From assembly GCA_004431415.1 (NCBI GenBank), contig QPMI01000666.1, positions 75,118 through 139,117 of the forward strand: DNA of 64,000 nucleotides, given 5' to 3'. This stretch comes from Cyanophora paradoxa CCMP329 (taxonomy: Eukaryota > Plantae > Glaucophyta). A program made the translations under genes and the position numbers. Of the stretch, positions 1 to 15,230 are shown piece after piece (position 1 is the first letter of the stretch; each line of letters starts with the position of its first letter). The notes under the pieces were generated by a model. The model was not told the DNA's origin. It made no database searches and worked only from the letters and a program-made list of their open reading frames with translations.

Positions 1-1753
1 CCTCCCGAGCACTGCGCGGCGCGGCGTCGGCGGGGGCCGCGGGGCGGGCTGGGGCCGCTGGGCGGGGCGGGGCGGGGCGGGCGGGGGCACCGTCGGTGTT
101 GGGGACAAGGCGCTGGCCCCCGCGGATGGCGGCCTGCGGGGAGGTGAGCGGGCCGGAGCGGGGCGGGGCGGGACGGCGCTGGCCAGCTCCTCCCGGGAGA
201 GCTCCTCGACAGCGCGACCGAACTGCCTGGGGACTCCCACCTGCTCCGGCCGCAGGTCTGCGCCCCGTCAGCGTTGGGCCCCGGCACACCACGCTCCAGG
301 TGGCACGCACGAACAGTGCGGTGAGGGATGGCGGCGCGCTCGGCGCGGGAGAGCTTGGGCTTCTTCTGCGGGGGCGTAAGGGGCGGGTGGAAAAAAAGCA
401 GGCGGGGTGGGGGCGCCTTGGCGGGTTTGGGCTCGTCAACGAGGACCGGTCGCCCGACGCGGAAGGCGACCCTCAGCTCTGTGCCCCCAAACCGCAATAC
501 GTCCCCGAATTTGACGGGGCGGCCTTCCGTCGACGCCTGGCCCCGCTTCAGGCCCCCGCGAGGCCGGCTGGGTGGGGCGTGGGAACGGGCCTTGCGCTCC
601 TCTGTGAGGCGCTCGCCGTTGAGAAAGGTGCCGTTGAGGGAGCCGAGGTCGCGAAGCTCGTAGCGGGGCCCCGCCTGCACAATCCGTGCGTGCTGCGACG
701 AGATGTCTGGGTCCGGCAGGTGCAGCTGCCACCCGTCAGCTCGCCCCGCTCGCCCCCGCTCCTCCCGCTCGCCCCGGCTCCTCCCGGCTGCCCCGACCAT
801 CGCACCTCTCGCACATGCTTGTGGTGCGCCGCCACCAGCCCCGACCGCTTTATCGTCACACCCTCCGGGGGCACCTCGAATCGCTCCCCCTGCATCACCC
901 TCAGCCCCGCGCAAACGTGCCATTATACCCATTCGCACCTCGTGCCGTCCTTTGACTGCTCGAGGCAGGGGTCTCAGCGCGGCGCCGCGGAGCGCAGGGC
1001 GGGTCGGCGCACTGGCGTAGAGGCAGAGGATCAGGGACTTGCCCTCGCTGACAGCATAACTCCCGTCGGCATCCCGCGGCAGGTCGTCCGTGAGCGCCGC
1101 CACTTCCGCATGGAACAGCTTCAGCTTCCGCTCCTTTTCCGCCTCCCTGCGCCCCCGGCCACAGTCGGGCCGTCATTCGGGAAGCCTCCCGCGGGGGCCC
1201 CGAGGCAAAGCTGTGCACACGAATCGGAGCTAGAGCTCGATGACGATGACAGCGACCTTTGCCGCCGCCGCCGCCGCTCCCAGTAATCCTGCCGAACGCG
1301 TGGTCGCTCGTCGGCAAAACGCAAGAGCTGCGGGCAGCAGCGGGCAGGCACGCACCTCCTCATCCTCGGAGCTGTAGGCATCGTGGAAGCCGTCGTGTTC
1401 CCATCTGCAGGCGCGTACGGATGAGCACTGTGTAGCTTGACGGCTCGCACTGGATGAACGTACCGGCGCTTCGCATCAATCTCTTTCGCGCGCCGCCGCC
1501 GACGGGCTGCTTCCTTCCTTCTTTCCGCAGAGCTAGAACATGAGCTCGAACGGGAGCGACTCCTGGAGCGGCTGCGCCTTCTTGACCGACTCCGGTTCCT
1601 GGACCGCGCTCGGCGCTCTTGTGCGCCCGGAGATCGCGACTTCGAGCGGCCTTTCCGCAGGCGCCGCGGCGATGGAGAGCGTGCGCCGGGCCTGCGAGGC
1701 GGCGAAGCAGAATGCTCGCGCTGACGAATCCGCACAGGACTGCGGTCCGCCAT
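1..1753 (-). CDS. Arg/Ser-rich (SR-like) protein, intron-containing, apparently runs off the left edge
   Basis: ATG at 1753 opens MADRSPVRIRQREHSASPPRR...RSRSRRRSRSRSRSR; downstream coding-like blocks are separated by short intron-like gaps; family not recognised. Confidence 0.5.
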
Positions 1754-2043
1754 CGAGAAGGCGCTTTGTGATGAGTCCTCTGCTGCCGTTCGCTGTGAAC
1801 GCTTTGTGAGCGACGAGCCTTGTCTCAACGCTCCGACCGATGAGCCCTGTCTGAACGATGACTGCCGCCGAAGCGCGCGCTAAACCTGGCTTTAATGCGG
1901 TGCGCTGCTGTCTGTATGTGCAGCAAGAGCTCTTGGAGTATGCTGGAGCAACAGGAGCGACGGCCCCCCCGCCCGGCGCCCCGATGAACTGGGGTAGAGG
2001 TGTCTTCGTTCGCGACCCCGTTCGCTCGTCTCGAGAATCCGCA

Positions 2044-4072
<2,029 letters not shown>

Positions 4073-4226
4073 TCCTCCTAGCTAGTTTCAGCTTCGCTTC
4101 TTTCAACACCTTTTTTAGCTGTCGCAAACCGCAAACCGCAAAACTGTGCTTCGAATTTAGCTTCCGGTTTTGAACTTCCGCTTCCGCGTTTCATTCGGGT
4201 GTAGGGAAAAACACCAGAACTGACTT

Positions 4227-4345
4227 AGATACAAGTCGGGTTACAAGTGTGGGATGTACACTGCAGTCGTTGCAGCAGCGGGCCCAGCTGCAGCCCACTA
4301 TCGAGCTGGCCGCGGCTGGGCCTGCATGGCCCTGCGGCCCTTTAA
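4227..4345 (+). repeat. Dispersed ~140-bp repeat family A, degenerate copy
   Basis: Shares the core TACAAGTGTGGGA(A)TGTACACTGC...GGGCCCAGC...GAGCTGGCC with the copies at 8683, 13148 and 31289. Confidence 0.75.
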
Positions 4346-4762
4346 CGCTGGTTGGACGCTTCCGGGGTTAACGTTAACGCACCACAACAGTAAATGAAAC
4401 TCAATTGTGCAATTGCATTTCAAGTTTGCATTTGTGCTTTTGCATTTAATTTGCAATTGATAGCTATAGTGACACGTGACATTTGTTAGCAGCTAACTAG
4501 CAGCACATATGCATCTGTCATCTACGTATATATATACGTATACGTATACGTATACGCCAAGCGACAATGAGTACCCTGCTGTCGAAATCGAAACCGAGAT
4601 CGATTTTGCACTATCGGTTGAGTGCAGCCCTTGCAATTACCTTCTCCCGCCAAAGGCTCGGCTGTTCAGCCACGGGACCTTAAGAAGGAGCAGCGTGACT
4701 ACAAGGTTTTGAGAACAGCAATGAGCAGATCTATGTACAGTACACTAATTGGAGCTGGGTCT

Positions 4763-5949
4763 CTATGTTTCCGTTTCGAAATTTGCACCCTCCTGTGTTG
4801 TTTCCCACCCTGGAACACGGTTCCAAACCGCTTCTCCTCTGGATTTGATGGTTTCCTCGTAAAAATTCTGCCCAATAGTATATGCCTGGTTCCAAAGGCC
4901 GCCGATAGAGAATGCCCGATATCTTGTGAACGAGTTCCCTGCCAGAAAGAACGTGTCACGTGGCTGCTCGAAAAAATCCAACTCGTGATCGCACCATACG
5001 AAGTCAAGTACTTCCCGGCTTTGTCAGTGCCCTTCCACGCAAGGTATATCTAAAAACAACAAGTTTAGAAGAGTGTGATGAAGGTTGGGAGAGGCTGAGG
5101 ACCTTGGGATCACACTTCTCCAATACACCAGTTGTTCCGCACTGCGATGCCGGGACACCGCAGTTGCCACCTGAGCCGTCTGCTGATTTTACACAGTTGT
5201 CGATGGCGCATGTGTCACAGCTGTCATCCCAGTTAATGTTGACGACACGTCCATTCTCAAGCTCAACAATCGCTGTCCAAAACTGGACCTGCATCACGGA
5301 AGCGACGTCATCAGAAACATATTGAGAGCAGATGATACGAAACTTACTCACTCGAACGTTGGACGACGATGCATACACTCGAGGCTGGGACCTGAAACCA
5401 AGCACCTCGATTTGGATGGAAGAACCAACTCTGAGCCCTGCAGCAACTGCGACGAAGGGCGATCTATCATCGGAGAGCCTGCGAGTCGGGAACCAAATTT
5501 CGTGCACCTCCAGTGATCTCCAGGTTGGCAAACACGTCTGCTTTTACGCAGAAGACGGCTTGGACGTACGAGACTTTCGGCTGGTAACCAGTGCAGGTGC
5601 AATCTGCAGTGAATGTTTCATTGTTGCCGGTAGGGCACGTGAAGTTCACGCAGGTGTAGATAGACGAGTTCGCCTTCCGAATGCTGAGGTCACTGATGGG
5701 GATGAGGACGCGAGCGTAGGCCTCGTCGAACCGCGAAAGCGCGGGGCAGATAGCAGTCTTTCCTGTGGCCGCCAGACCGTTGACATCGAAGTACGTCATG
5801 TTGCTCCCGCCGGGATAGCGGCAAGCGTTCGTGCACTTTACGCGCGTGAGAGTCTGTGCATTCGCTCCGCAGGCCAAGCCGGCTAGCAACAGGAAGAAAG
5901 ACAGGGCCCGTGCACTTGGCGTCCAACAGGACCCCCTGCGCGCGGCCAT
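4763..5949 (-). CDS. Secreted Cys-rich protein resembling plant Expp1-like (At3g44150-type) proteins; 3' end approximate
   Basis: Signal-peptide-like start (ALSFFLLLAGLACGANA); spliced C-terminal blocks WTAIVELENGRVVNINWDDSCDTC...CDPK|IYLAWKGTDKAGKYLTS...RYRAFSIGGLW match the remembered family pattern. Confidence 0.55.
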
Positions 5950-6846
5950 GAGAAGACGCGGCTCGGAAAGCAGCTCGGAAGGTAGCTCACATGACCGGTC
6001 GCGGAGCTCGTGCGCCCGCGCCGAGCAGCGTTCACGGTTTGTGAGCGCAGAACGCTGTGCACAACGAGGCGAGTTGCGCCCGAGGTCACTGCAGGCCCGT
6101 ACCCGAGCGCTCTGCTGAGCCCGAGCAAGAGCGTCGCTGCTGCGTGCCGCCTGAATTCGTGCCGAGGCGACGCTGTAAAGCTTCCAGATCTGCCTGTGGG
6201 ATGCTCACAAGACGACGTCTACGGTCTACGTTCAACGTTTGCAGTTCAAGACCGCTTGTTTTTCGGCGCAGCCGATTCTGAGTCGTTGATCATGACGGAA
6301 ATCCGCCGCGCGGCGTGGCCGGATCCTAGGCCTAGGCCTATAGCTATATAGCTAGTCCGATATATATATAGCTACTCGGAAGCCCGGAAGTTAAGATCAT
6401 GATCAGTGCGATGCTGATTGACTCGAACATCATGGCATGTACGTACGCGTATACGTATATATACGTATACGCGTATACCGTAGTACGTATACGTACACAT
6501 GCATATGTGGCCATGCATATGGCCATGAACGTCGACACGTAATATAACTAGCTATAGTAACGCAAAAAGACGCCCAACCTTAAGCCGTCCTACTCGTAAT
6601 CGCAATCAAAGACGTCGACGTCCTACCTAGCTTCGCCGACCCCTGGGAAAGTCTGGATCCCTTTCCTTTTCCTGCGACTGACGCACTCGGAAGGGTCCCA
6701 TAATAAAATCGGGGATTTCTGGGTTGGTTAAGACTTCAAGTATTTTTGCTGCAGATTAATTGTTCGATGGTGGATTTATGAAATACAGCGGAGGGGGCAA
6801 CGTTTCCAGAAAGAAGGGGCAGTTTACAGTAAAGGAGAGACCATGA

Positions 6847-8132
6847 TCAGTTGTTGGCGTCCGTGTCCCTGGACATTGACCTGCTCGCACGCTCTCTCCG
6901 CTGCCGACGAGCAGCTCGCGCCTGCTCCCTGCGCTCCACGGCCTCAACCTCTTCAATGGCAAACTGCTTCACCAGCACAGAGGAGATCCATGCGAAAACG
7001 GCAGCGTTGAAGGCCGTGTGAGCCCCAATCGACACTGCGAGGCTCTGTCCTTGTGTGTCGTATAGGACGGAGAGATATGCGGAGATGCCCATGCTGAGAA
7101 GTGCTCCTGGAAGTGTTCCCATATACTCCAGGGCGGCAACAACGATAGCAGTCCCGCCAACTCCCTGCAACATGCGAGGCGTTTGAAGGCCGTCGAAACT
7201 GAAGAAAGAACAGACGCACCCCCACCCAAGAGAGGTCCTGAGAGAAGCTGTTTTGCAGGAACCCACGATAAAGAATCTCCTCGCCAACGCCAAACACAAG
7301 CCCAAGTGCAGCACAGTAAAGATAGCCGAGCACGCTGAGATTGGAATACTGTCAGCGAGGACAAAGCTTGAGAATACAACAAAAAAAGCGCGCACTCCAT
7401 CCGATCGGGGGCAAACATCGCCCACCGGCTCCGGCACGCACGCACGAAGCCAGCCAGCGGGCCGTTCTCGCCAGACTTTGCAAGCGCGAGGACGAGGCCC
7501 ATAAGCGGGAGGGCGCCAACCACGCCCTTGCCGAAGTCCGCAGAGTTCATCAGGACAGTCTGAACGAAGGCGAGCGGAAGGTCCGCCATCCGCTCCAGAG
7601 GCGCCACACGAAGCACAGAGTCCCAGTCGACTTTCCCGGGCGTTGCAGCCTGCATCAGAAGCGAAGCACCGCGCATTAGCGCCGGCCAGCTAGCCAGGCC
7701 GCACCGCCGCACCTTTGATACACTGATGGCAAGCTTGTCAACAAGAACCCAAGCAAACGGCATGGCAAAGAGCTGCATCGCCCGCCCGCCAATATCTTGC
7801 TGACCGAACTGCGAGGTATCGATATCGGCCGCGCGCCGCTGCGGCCGCAGATCGTCGTCGTCCTCGACAATATCGAGGTTCAGTTCGCTAGCGATCGGCT
7901 GCGGCGAAGAGCAAGGCACAAAAGAAAAGGCCTTGCTACAATCGAACTGCCGCCGGCAGCGCGCAAGCCCTGCGGACGAGCTGCAGCCGAAGAACGTGCG
8001 TGCCGTGCTGACCGCGACGCGCGCGGTCTCCGTGGCCGCTGGGAGGCGACACATGCATTTTGCCGTGGCACACGCATGCCGGGCAGCAGCCGACGTTGAA
8101 GGGAGGGACGGCGCGGGGGCCACGAAAGCCAT
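6847..8132 (-). CDS. Plastid-targeted CPBP (CAAX type II/Abi) intramembrane metalloprotease
   Basis: MAFVAPAPSLPS transit-like start; EEILYRGFLQ (EExxxR) and AHTAFNA (HxxxN) motifs; hydrophobic segments; several short introns. Confidence 0.85.
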
Positions 8133-8682
8133 CTTCCTGGGGTACTGGATCTGGAGTTCAGCTTGGGGTACGGCTGGGCTAATGCTCCTTCGCATTTGGA
8201 CACGCATTTGGACTCGGGGGACCTTCATGATCATGATCAGCTTTGATGGGCTCGAGCTCCTCAGGGACTTCAGCATTGATGAGCGCATACTACTAGGCTA
8301 TGATATGCCATGATGCGAACTTGAAGAAGTGAGCCTTAAAAAAAATCCTTGTTGAGCTCATGCTCATGATCAAACCAAAAACGTACGCGTTAACCGCACG
8401 CTTTTGATCAAACCGCAAATCATGATCAAAAAATTAAAGCGGCTTTCCACTTTAATTTGAAGCTTCCGGATCCTCCTCCCGAGTCCGCTCATAATTAAGC
8501 TTTCGACTTGATGGCTAACGTTTGCATCATTCTTCTGCTCAGCGGCTGCTGGCCTTCCAAAGTTCAAGCTTTCGAATTCCGAAGTTCAGCGAGAATCCAG
8601 GTTCTCCTATGGTGAATAACTTAGTAATGAAAGTGATGATGAAAAACAAGAAGAAGAGTAATTCAGCCAGCTGTACGTATAC

Positions 8683-8760
8683 GCATTTGGACACGTACTA
8701 AAACGCAGGTCCGGGCTACTAAGTGTGGGAATGTACACTGCGGCCGCCGCGGCCGCGACA
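8683..8760 (+). repeat. Repeat family A, partial copy
   Basis: GCATTTGGACACGTACTAAAACGCAGGTCCGGGCTACTAAGTGTGGGAATGTACACTGCGGCCGCCGCGG. Confidence 0.85.
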
Positions 8761-8994
8761 GAGGTGTACGTATGTACGTATACGGTTTTGACGAAAGGCG
8801 AAGGACTCGAAGGCCCCAGGCACAATCGATCACGACAGTGAAGCAGCAAGACAAGGGGCGGAGCAAATTGAACGCCTTACGGTCTAATATCACAGGATGG
8901 TGTATCTTATACATACTCTTCTTCTTCTTATGGACTGAGTCATACATGCAGACACGGAACGCCGGCCTCACGGAGCATGCTCGTTCATTTAATT

Positions 8995-11900
8995 TTACGC
9001 TGAGATGACACTGGCGAAAGCCTGGAAAGCATCTCGGATGCGTGTATCAACGTCGCTCGTGAAGAGCAGGTTCTGGAGCGTCGATAGGAATGGCTTCAGC
9101 TCTTCTGCATGCTGCAGAGGTACATAAAAGCATGAGTTGCGAGTCACAGAGAGCAGAAGATGGGGCAGACCCTGCGGCCTGTTGCTTTCAGAAAGCCAAG
9201 GATTGTGGAGAACAGGTGCTCAGTCTCCTCTTCTGCGCTTCCTTGCCCGTTCTGAATGCAAGTTAGGGGGAAATGCCAAATAGTGCTGAAGTGGTGTCAG
9301 GAAAAGAGGGGCACACCTGAGCAATTTGATCCGTGAGGACAAGAACAAAGCGCTGAACATGCACGTGAGTAAGAGTCAACAAAGGTGTGGCTGTCATGAG
9401 AAGCAGAACCTGGAACAAGATGAGGAACATAGCCTTCTGTTCACGCAATACAGCATCCAATGTCTCCCTCATTTGCCTCACCCTGATCTAGGACAAAGGT
9501 CAGCAGGGGCATTTGAGGAATACTGATGACAAGAACAAACTTCCGGAGCTTGCTTGGATGAATCTGCTGCGGAGCCTGATGCGAGCTCCTCCTCTGCTTT
9601 CTGAAAGTCTGCCCGAACCTGCATTGCGAGGACAGTTAGATGCAGTCAATCCAGACACACGAAGGGGCTCACTGCTGCTGTTCTTGCAAGCGTTTTTGAA
9701 ATTGTGTTGTGCAAAATCTCCCACACGTGGCCAGAGCACATTTGTGGGACAGAGCGATCGGAGAAAAGATGGTTTATGATAGCTGAATTGTCCACGACAC
9801 GATACGTCATGAGCTTCTCAAGCAAAATTACTTGCTGCTGCTTGCAATTGCGCCAGAACGACGACACAGCACTTTGAGTGACAGCAGAGTATCAGAGGGA
9901 GAACTCGAACAAAAAGGCAAAAAAAGACGACAGACCGGCAGACAAGGGTGCGTGGCTCGGCTGAATCCTTAGTCAGTGCCTGAAGCACGGAAACATACCT
10001 GATGGAAATTGTTAGCTAGAAAAGTATCTCAGAACGCGAGCCGGCCAGATGTCATACCTTTCAGTTATAGCAAGCATGTGCGAAAAAGACTTTGATCCGA
10101 GGGAGAACATTGCGTGCAACAGCACATCAAGTCGCTGCTGGCTTGTTAGCACAGAATCCTCAGACTTCGTCAACTGCACAGCGATCTCTGGAATTTGAGG
10201 TGGGATTGACTCTGTCAAACGTGATTCTCTGACCTTGGACAGGAACACATCGGCACCCAGACGAGACCGCATGGCCTCTGTGATCTCTTGGAACAATGCA
10301 CATGCTGCCTTCCATGATGACTCCTCCAAAGCTGCCCCCGCGGGACCTTCCTGCAGACGAGATCGGGAGAAAAGATTAGATGGGAAAAACCAGAGTTGAG
10401 CAGCTGCGAGTGACCTCGTTTGCACTTTGTGCATCTTGGAAAGTTATGGTGTACTTCGGGAATGGTGTGGGGCGTGCTGGCACCAAGGGCAAAAACTCCT
10501 CCGGTAGTGTTTTTTCAATTCGCTCGTGATATGAGAGCCGCACCATCCTCTCAATAACCTGTGTTGAAGAGATTCAGGACGCGGGCATTCCACGAGAGGG
10601 CACACATAGATGCACTTCTTGCAAGAAACGGCGACGTGAGGGGTGCTGGCCAGAAGCCAGTGCGTAGGACCAAACATTCCAGTTCCACTGCAAGCCGGTT
10701 TTTTGGAATCAACAAGACTGGAGTAATGTAGTGTCTGCACCGTGAAGTCCACATTGGAGAGGTGATGGGCAAACCACTCCGCGAGGCGCATTGAAAGCTG
10801 CGGGTTGAAATCAGCAGGTCCGTTGTGCTGCAGCAAAAGTTCACATGGAACCTCTGCATCAAGAGTGGGCAATCGCTCGAAGAGGTTGTCCATGGCGTCA
10901 CACAACACTGGAGAAATCGTGCTTGCTCCCTTCACGAGGTTTACAAGGACAGCACTGTAGTACACAATCTGCCGAGAGTCGGCCAACACACAATCGCCAA
11001 ACGAAGACTTGGAAAAAAACCTTGTGTTGCGGAAAAGGAAGGCGAAGGATGTGCACAAGCAATCCTTCCACCAGAGCATGCTCGTACGCAAATGAAACAG
11101 GGATTGCAGCAAGCTGTTTTGCAGTCTCTCGGTGGGACCCTGCAAACGCGGCAAGGATGTCTCCAACATACTCGTCCAGAATAGTCTGCTCCACTGGGCT
11201 AGCCTCCCGCTTCTGGTCGCGGCCCTCGAACAAACCAAGCGCAATCGGAGGGAAGAACTGAATTCGCCCCCTGCGGCCCTCCACACGGATTCCTGCATGC
11301 AAATGAGTCCAAAAAAATGAGAGACACAAGCAGTCACGCGAACTTGGCATCAAATGCGGAGATGCGACAGTGAGACGGTTCATGAACGGCTTGTACGGGT
11401 TCAGAATAACTTTGCATCCCATGCTATTGCCACAGTAAGAATTGCAAGAATGTGAGACAGGAAGGGCACTAGATTGCCCTTACCCATCATCACGCCAAGC
11501 GAGCAACCTTGACCAGGCAATTTCTAGCCAGTCTTCTCGATTGTCCCTGCTTAAAAAATCAGGAGAAATCTCTTCCACAGAGGTTGCAGGTGTTCCAGTG
11601 TGCTCACGAAGTCGATTGGAATGGCTGGATGGCCCGGGTGTCTGCCCGTTGACGATGATCCATATAACGAGTGAGACGTCCGAAGAGTTCTCTCCACTGA
11701 CCATCCTCGGCAGCTGGTAGGCATGCTTGATTCCGCGGCAACACTTCAGACGCACATAGCGTACCAGCAAGCTCCCGGCCACACCAGGGAATCGTCAGCA
11801 TCACGATGTACGCAAATGCATCTTGCCGAACCGCCGATGGGCCCGCCCCTCGCCCGTCTTCTCCGGCAGTTTCACTGACCATATCCTAAAGAAAGGCGTC

Positions 11901-12637
11901 AGGGAGGGAGGAAGACGACACAGCAAAGTACGCACCTCAAAGAGATCGAAAAGCGAGTGCATGTGGAGGGCGTGGCCCTTGACCAGCTCGCCTGTAATAT
12001 ATCGTTCAAACGAGCGCCATGGGCCCCGACGAGGATGGGCTGCACCCGCGAAACGAACAAGAAGCTTTAGCTTCTGATACTCGTTACCATCGAATGCCTC
12101 CTGAAGCGCGCCCTGGAGGCGAGAGACGAAGCGTTGCCCGAACGTGGGTTGGCGCGAGTTCAGAAGGCCCACGAGCGCCCCGTAGACGGGAGTCTTCGTT
12201 GGAAGGTAGGTTGCGCATTCCAAGATCGTCGTGAAAATAAGCGCTTGATGCTTTGCGAGATCACCCTCGAGCGCTTCAGCGAGGCCCTGCATACGCTCAC
12301 ACAGTTGCGCGTTCCGTGTGGTAAGAGCGGGCTGCGGACCTCGAGCATTTCACTCATGGAAGACGTCGCGGACCGATCCCCGACACGTACGATGAGCGAG
12401 CGGAGACGCTCCTCAAGATCTAAGCATATTTAGCTATCATACACTGGGTCTGCGGGACGCTACGCGGAGACTAGCATGTCTCGCGGAGACTAGCGCACCG
12501 CCTGTTTCGTCATGACGTGCGCGCTTCACCCCGCGTTCCCCCGGGTCTGACTCTCGCCCACGACGAGGGGGCCCGCCTCCGCCGCCGTCGGGCCGAAGCT
12601 CGCGCGCCGAGTCGTACGCACGCCGGGGTCCTTCCAT
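8995..12637 (-). CDS. NCBP1: Nuclear cap-binding protein subunit 1 (CBP80), many introns
   Basis: LEERLRSLIVRVGD; QGLAEALEGDL; CATYLPTKTPVYGALVGLLN; RLAEWFAHHLSN; LGSKSFSHML; C-terminus LQNLLFTSDVDTRIRDAFQAFASVISA*. Confidence 0.93.
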
Positions 12638-13147
12638 GTCGATGTCACGGCGCGCAATAAGCTAACGAGCTCCCCTGTATTTTTTTGGTACCCGGCTCGT
12701 TCGTTTGTGACGGTTTGTCCGGACGGCCGCGCTGTGTACTCGATCTTGGATTCATCCTTGCCTTCATTGTCACCTGGCGTAGACCACAGATGTGCTGAGA
12801 GCGAGCCGCTAGCGAACAAAGAAGAGGGTGCCACGGTGAGATCGAAACTTGACTAGCCTAGTAGTACTCCGAGCTCGAGGCTCAGTAAAAGCCCTGATCA
12901 TCATGCATATATATATGGCATCGATATCGGACCCGGCCGCGGGATTTCGCGATCGCAATCGATCGCGACGGCGAACTCGCGATCGGAAGCCAACTCAGTG
13001 ACTTGCAATCATTTTTGAATTGGCAATGCCATCCTGATCATGATGGAACGCACTCGAGCTCGATCGAAAACGACGTTCCTCCAACCAAATCAATTGCAAG
13101 ATCTACGTATACGTACTACGGTATATATAAAAATAATATTCGGGGTT

Positions 13148-13288
13148 CGCATTTGGACAAGCACTAAAACGCAGGTCCGGGCTACAAGTGTGGGAATGTA
13201 CACTGCAGCTGCGGCCGCCGCGGCCGCCGCGGCGCGGGCCCAGCCCACCAGCGAGCTGGCCAGCCGGGCCCTGCGTGGCCCCCTAATC
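13148..13288 (+). repeat. Repeat family A, full copy
   Basis: Near-identical to 31289-31418; ends GGCCCTGCGTGGCCCCCTAAT. Confidence 0.9.
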
Positions 13289-13289
13289 T

Positions 13290-13412
13290 AGATCAAGGAC
13301 GCCCCAGCTAATCGTAATCGCAGACAGATCAAAGCTTAGACGTCCTAATTACGATCGTAATCGCAGATCTAGATCAAGGACGCCCCAGCTAATCGTAATC
13401 GCAGACAGATCA
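13290..13412. repeat. Local ~43-bp direct repeat, two copies
   Basis: TAGATCAAGGACGCCCCAGCTAATCGTAATCGCAGACAGATCA at ~13290 and ~13370. Confidence 0.85.
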
Positions 13413-13740
13413 TCGTTTGCTCGTCTCACAGCTTCAAAACGCTGCTGGAACCTGTAAATCTCGAAGTGAGAAGTTTCGATTTCGAAATAATCTGGCCCGT
13501 GATCATGATCTGATTAATATTTCGCGACCCTGCATCTAGGTGCCGGGGAGGGCGCACTCCCCCCCTCAAGGGGGCCTTTCTGGGCCCGGCTGACCGAAGC
13601 CGCTCCGGCGGTGGATGGCGGGCTGTGCGCTCTTCGTGGTCCAATCTTTGTGCATGGTCGCATCAACTTGGGAATATACTCTTTTAAAAATACGGAAGGG
13701 GATGGGGCGGAGGTCAGGGATCGGAGAAAAGCGAAGAGGT

Positions 13741-14461
13741 TCAATTAAGCTTCTCAATCAGGACCTCGGGGGAGATTTCCTGCTGGTCACCCACGAAGTC
13801 GTTGTCGGGAGTCAAGAAGAGCTGGCATACAGCACGTGTCAGCTCACTGGACGCGCGTGTCTGCGCGTGATATAGTCTCGTAGCGCACCATGCAGTGGCA
13901 CTCTTTGCGCTCGCGCATGGGCACGCAGGGGCAGTTCCAGAAACCGTTCTTCACCTCCGCCTCCTTATCCTCGTAGTGCCGGCAGGGGCACAGGGGCGAG
14001 CCCAGTGTATCCTGCAATGCTAGCGTAAGTGGCAGAAACAGCGAAGAACTTGGCAGGCAGCACCTTGTGCTCAGCTAAGCCACGAATGACGACCGCAGTT
14101 ACAGAAAGGTCGGAGCAGAAGTACGTCCCGGTCCGCTTGGCATACTGTTCAGAGAACTTCCTGCGCTTGACAACATGAGAGTCGGTTGTTGCGGGGGCGT
14201 GGCGACGATCCGACGGCGGACCGCATGACTTCGAGGCTCTCGGGCGTCGCTGCGGTGCGATCAGGGGTTGTGAAGGCAAGAGAATGAGCGACAGAGCTCC
14301 GGAAACGGCGAACCATCCTCGGCCCGCGCCTCGAAACGAATCGGCTGCGCGCTCCGGATCGAACGCAGCGGACGGATCTTCGACGAGCCGGCCAGGAAGC
14401 TGCTCGAGGCCAGCGCATCACCGCCGCGCAGGGGAACGCAGCCGCCGACGAAAGCCGCCAT
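13741..14461 (-). CDS. ftrB: Ferredoxin-thioredoxin reductase catalytic (beta) subunit, nuclear-encoded with transit peptide
   Basis: Spliced: MAAFVGGCVPLRGG... transit peptide, then SLEVMRKFSEQYAKRTGTYFCSDLSVTAVVIRGLAEHK|DTLGSPLCPCRHYEDKEAEVKNGFWNCPCVPMRERKECHCM|LFLTPDNDF (CPC, CPC, CHC motifs); not assembled by the ORF track. Confidence 0.95.
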
Positions 14462-14949
14462 TCTGATTATGCGCACTTCAATCCCCCTGCGGCGCGCGGG
14501 TACCCCCGCACATGGTACCCCGCACGCACATATGCCGCAGTGCGCGCATACTATGATACTACGCAGTACGTACACATGCTCATTCGCATGCGCGCGCGCG
14601 CACGGCGTAAACGTATATATTCGTTAAGTTGATTATAATGTAAGTTCATGATCATTAGATATTATTGCAATTATCGACATCTGATCCCATTCCCGTCGAC
14701 ATCGTGAATTCAGGCTTGTAGTTGTAGTAGGGTCCACACCCACCCCTCACGAGTCCCACCCCTACTCCTCGAGCAAATTTGTGTTGAAGGCCCCACATGC
14801 TATGTCAGGGCGTAGGGACTTTGAGAACCTGGTTAAATATTGTTGCAATTGTATGCATAAGATACGTATATATATACATATACGTATACGAATACATATA
14901 CGCATATGAGCTCAGCAGCTCGAGGATGCTGGTGTTGACGTTGCAGACC

Positions 14950-15230
14950 CGGCTGGTGTTGTATAACTCGGGCGGGTTGTAGTGGATCCCGAATGAAGAT
15001 CACGGGCCCGGGGTCGCAAGTACTGCCCTGCGATCTGCTTCTCGATGTGGCGCTCCCTTGCCGCCTCCCGGGGGGGGTCCTTTGCAGGCAGGTAGCCTCC
15101 TTTGCCACCCCAGCTGCACAAGATCCCGTGCTGCCAGTCGTCGACCTCGACCACCACCACACGGTTGGGCCAGACGATCAAGCTTAACATGTCCGTCCAT
15201 GCACGTTGGACGCTGATGCACATGACTTAG
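14950..15230 (-). pseudogene. Degenerate PD-(D/E)XK (DUF559/Vsr-like) endonuclease fragment
   Basis: TDMLSLIVWPNRVVVVEVDDWQH...REAARERHI...(frameshift)GPVIFIR resembles the D..VIVEVDExQH...E..R..I...PVIFIRFNP endonuclease pattern. Confidence 0.5.

Noticed and set aside
96-1286. 396-aa plus-strand ORF and many other long Pro/Arg/Ala-rich ORFs in the track
   Set aside because: These are antisense or off-frame shadows of spliced genes in high-GC DNA
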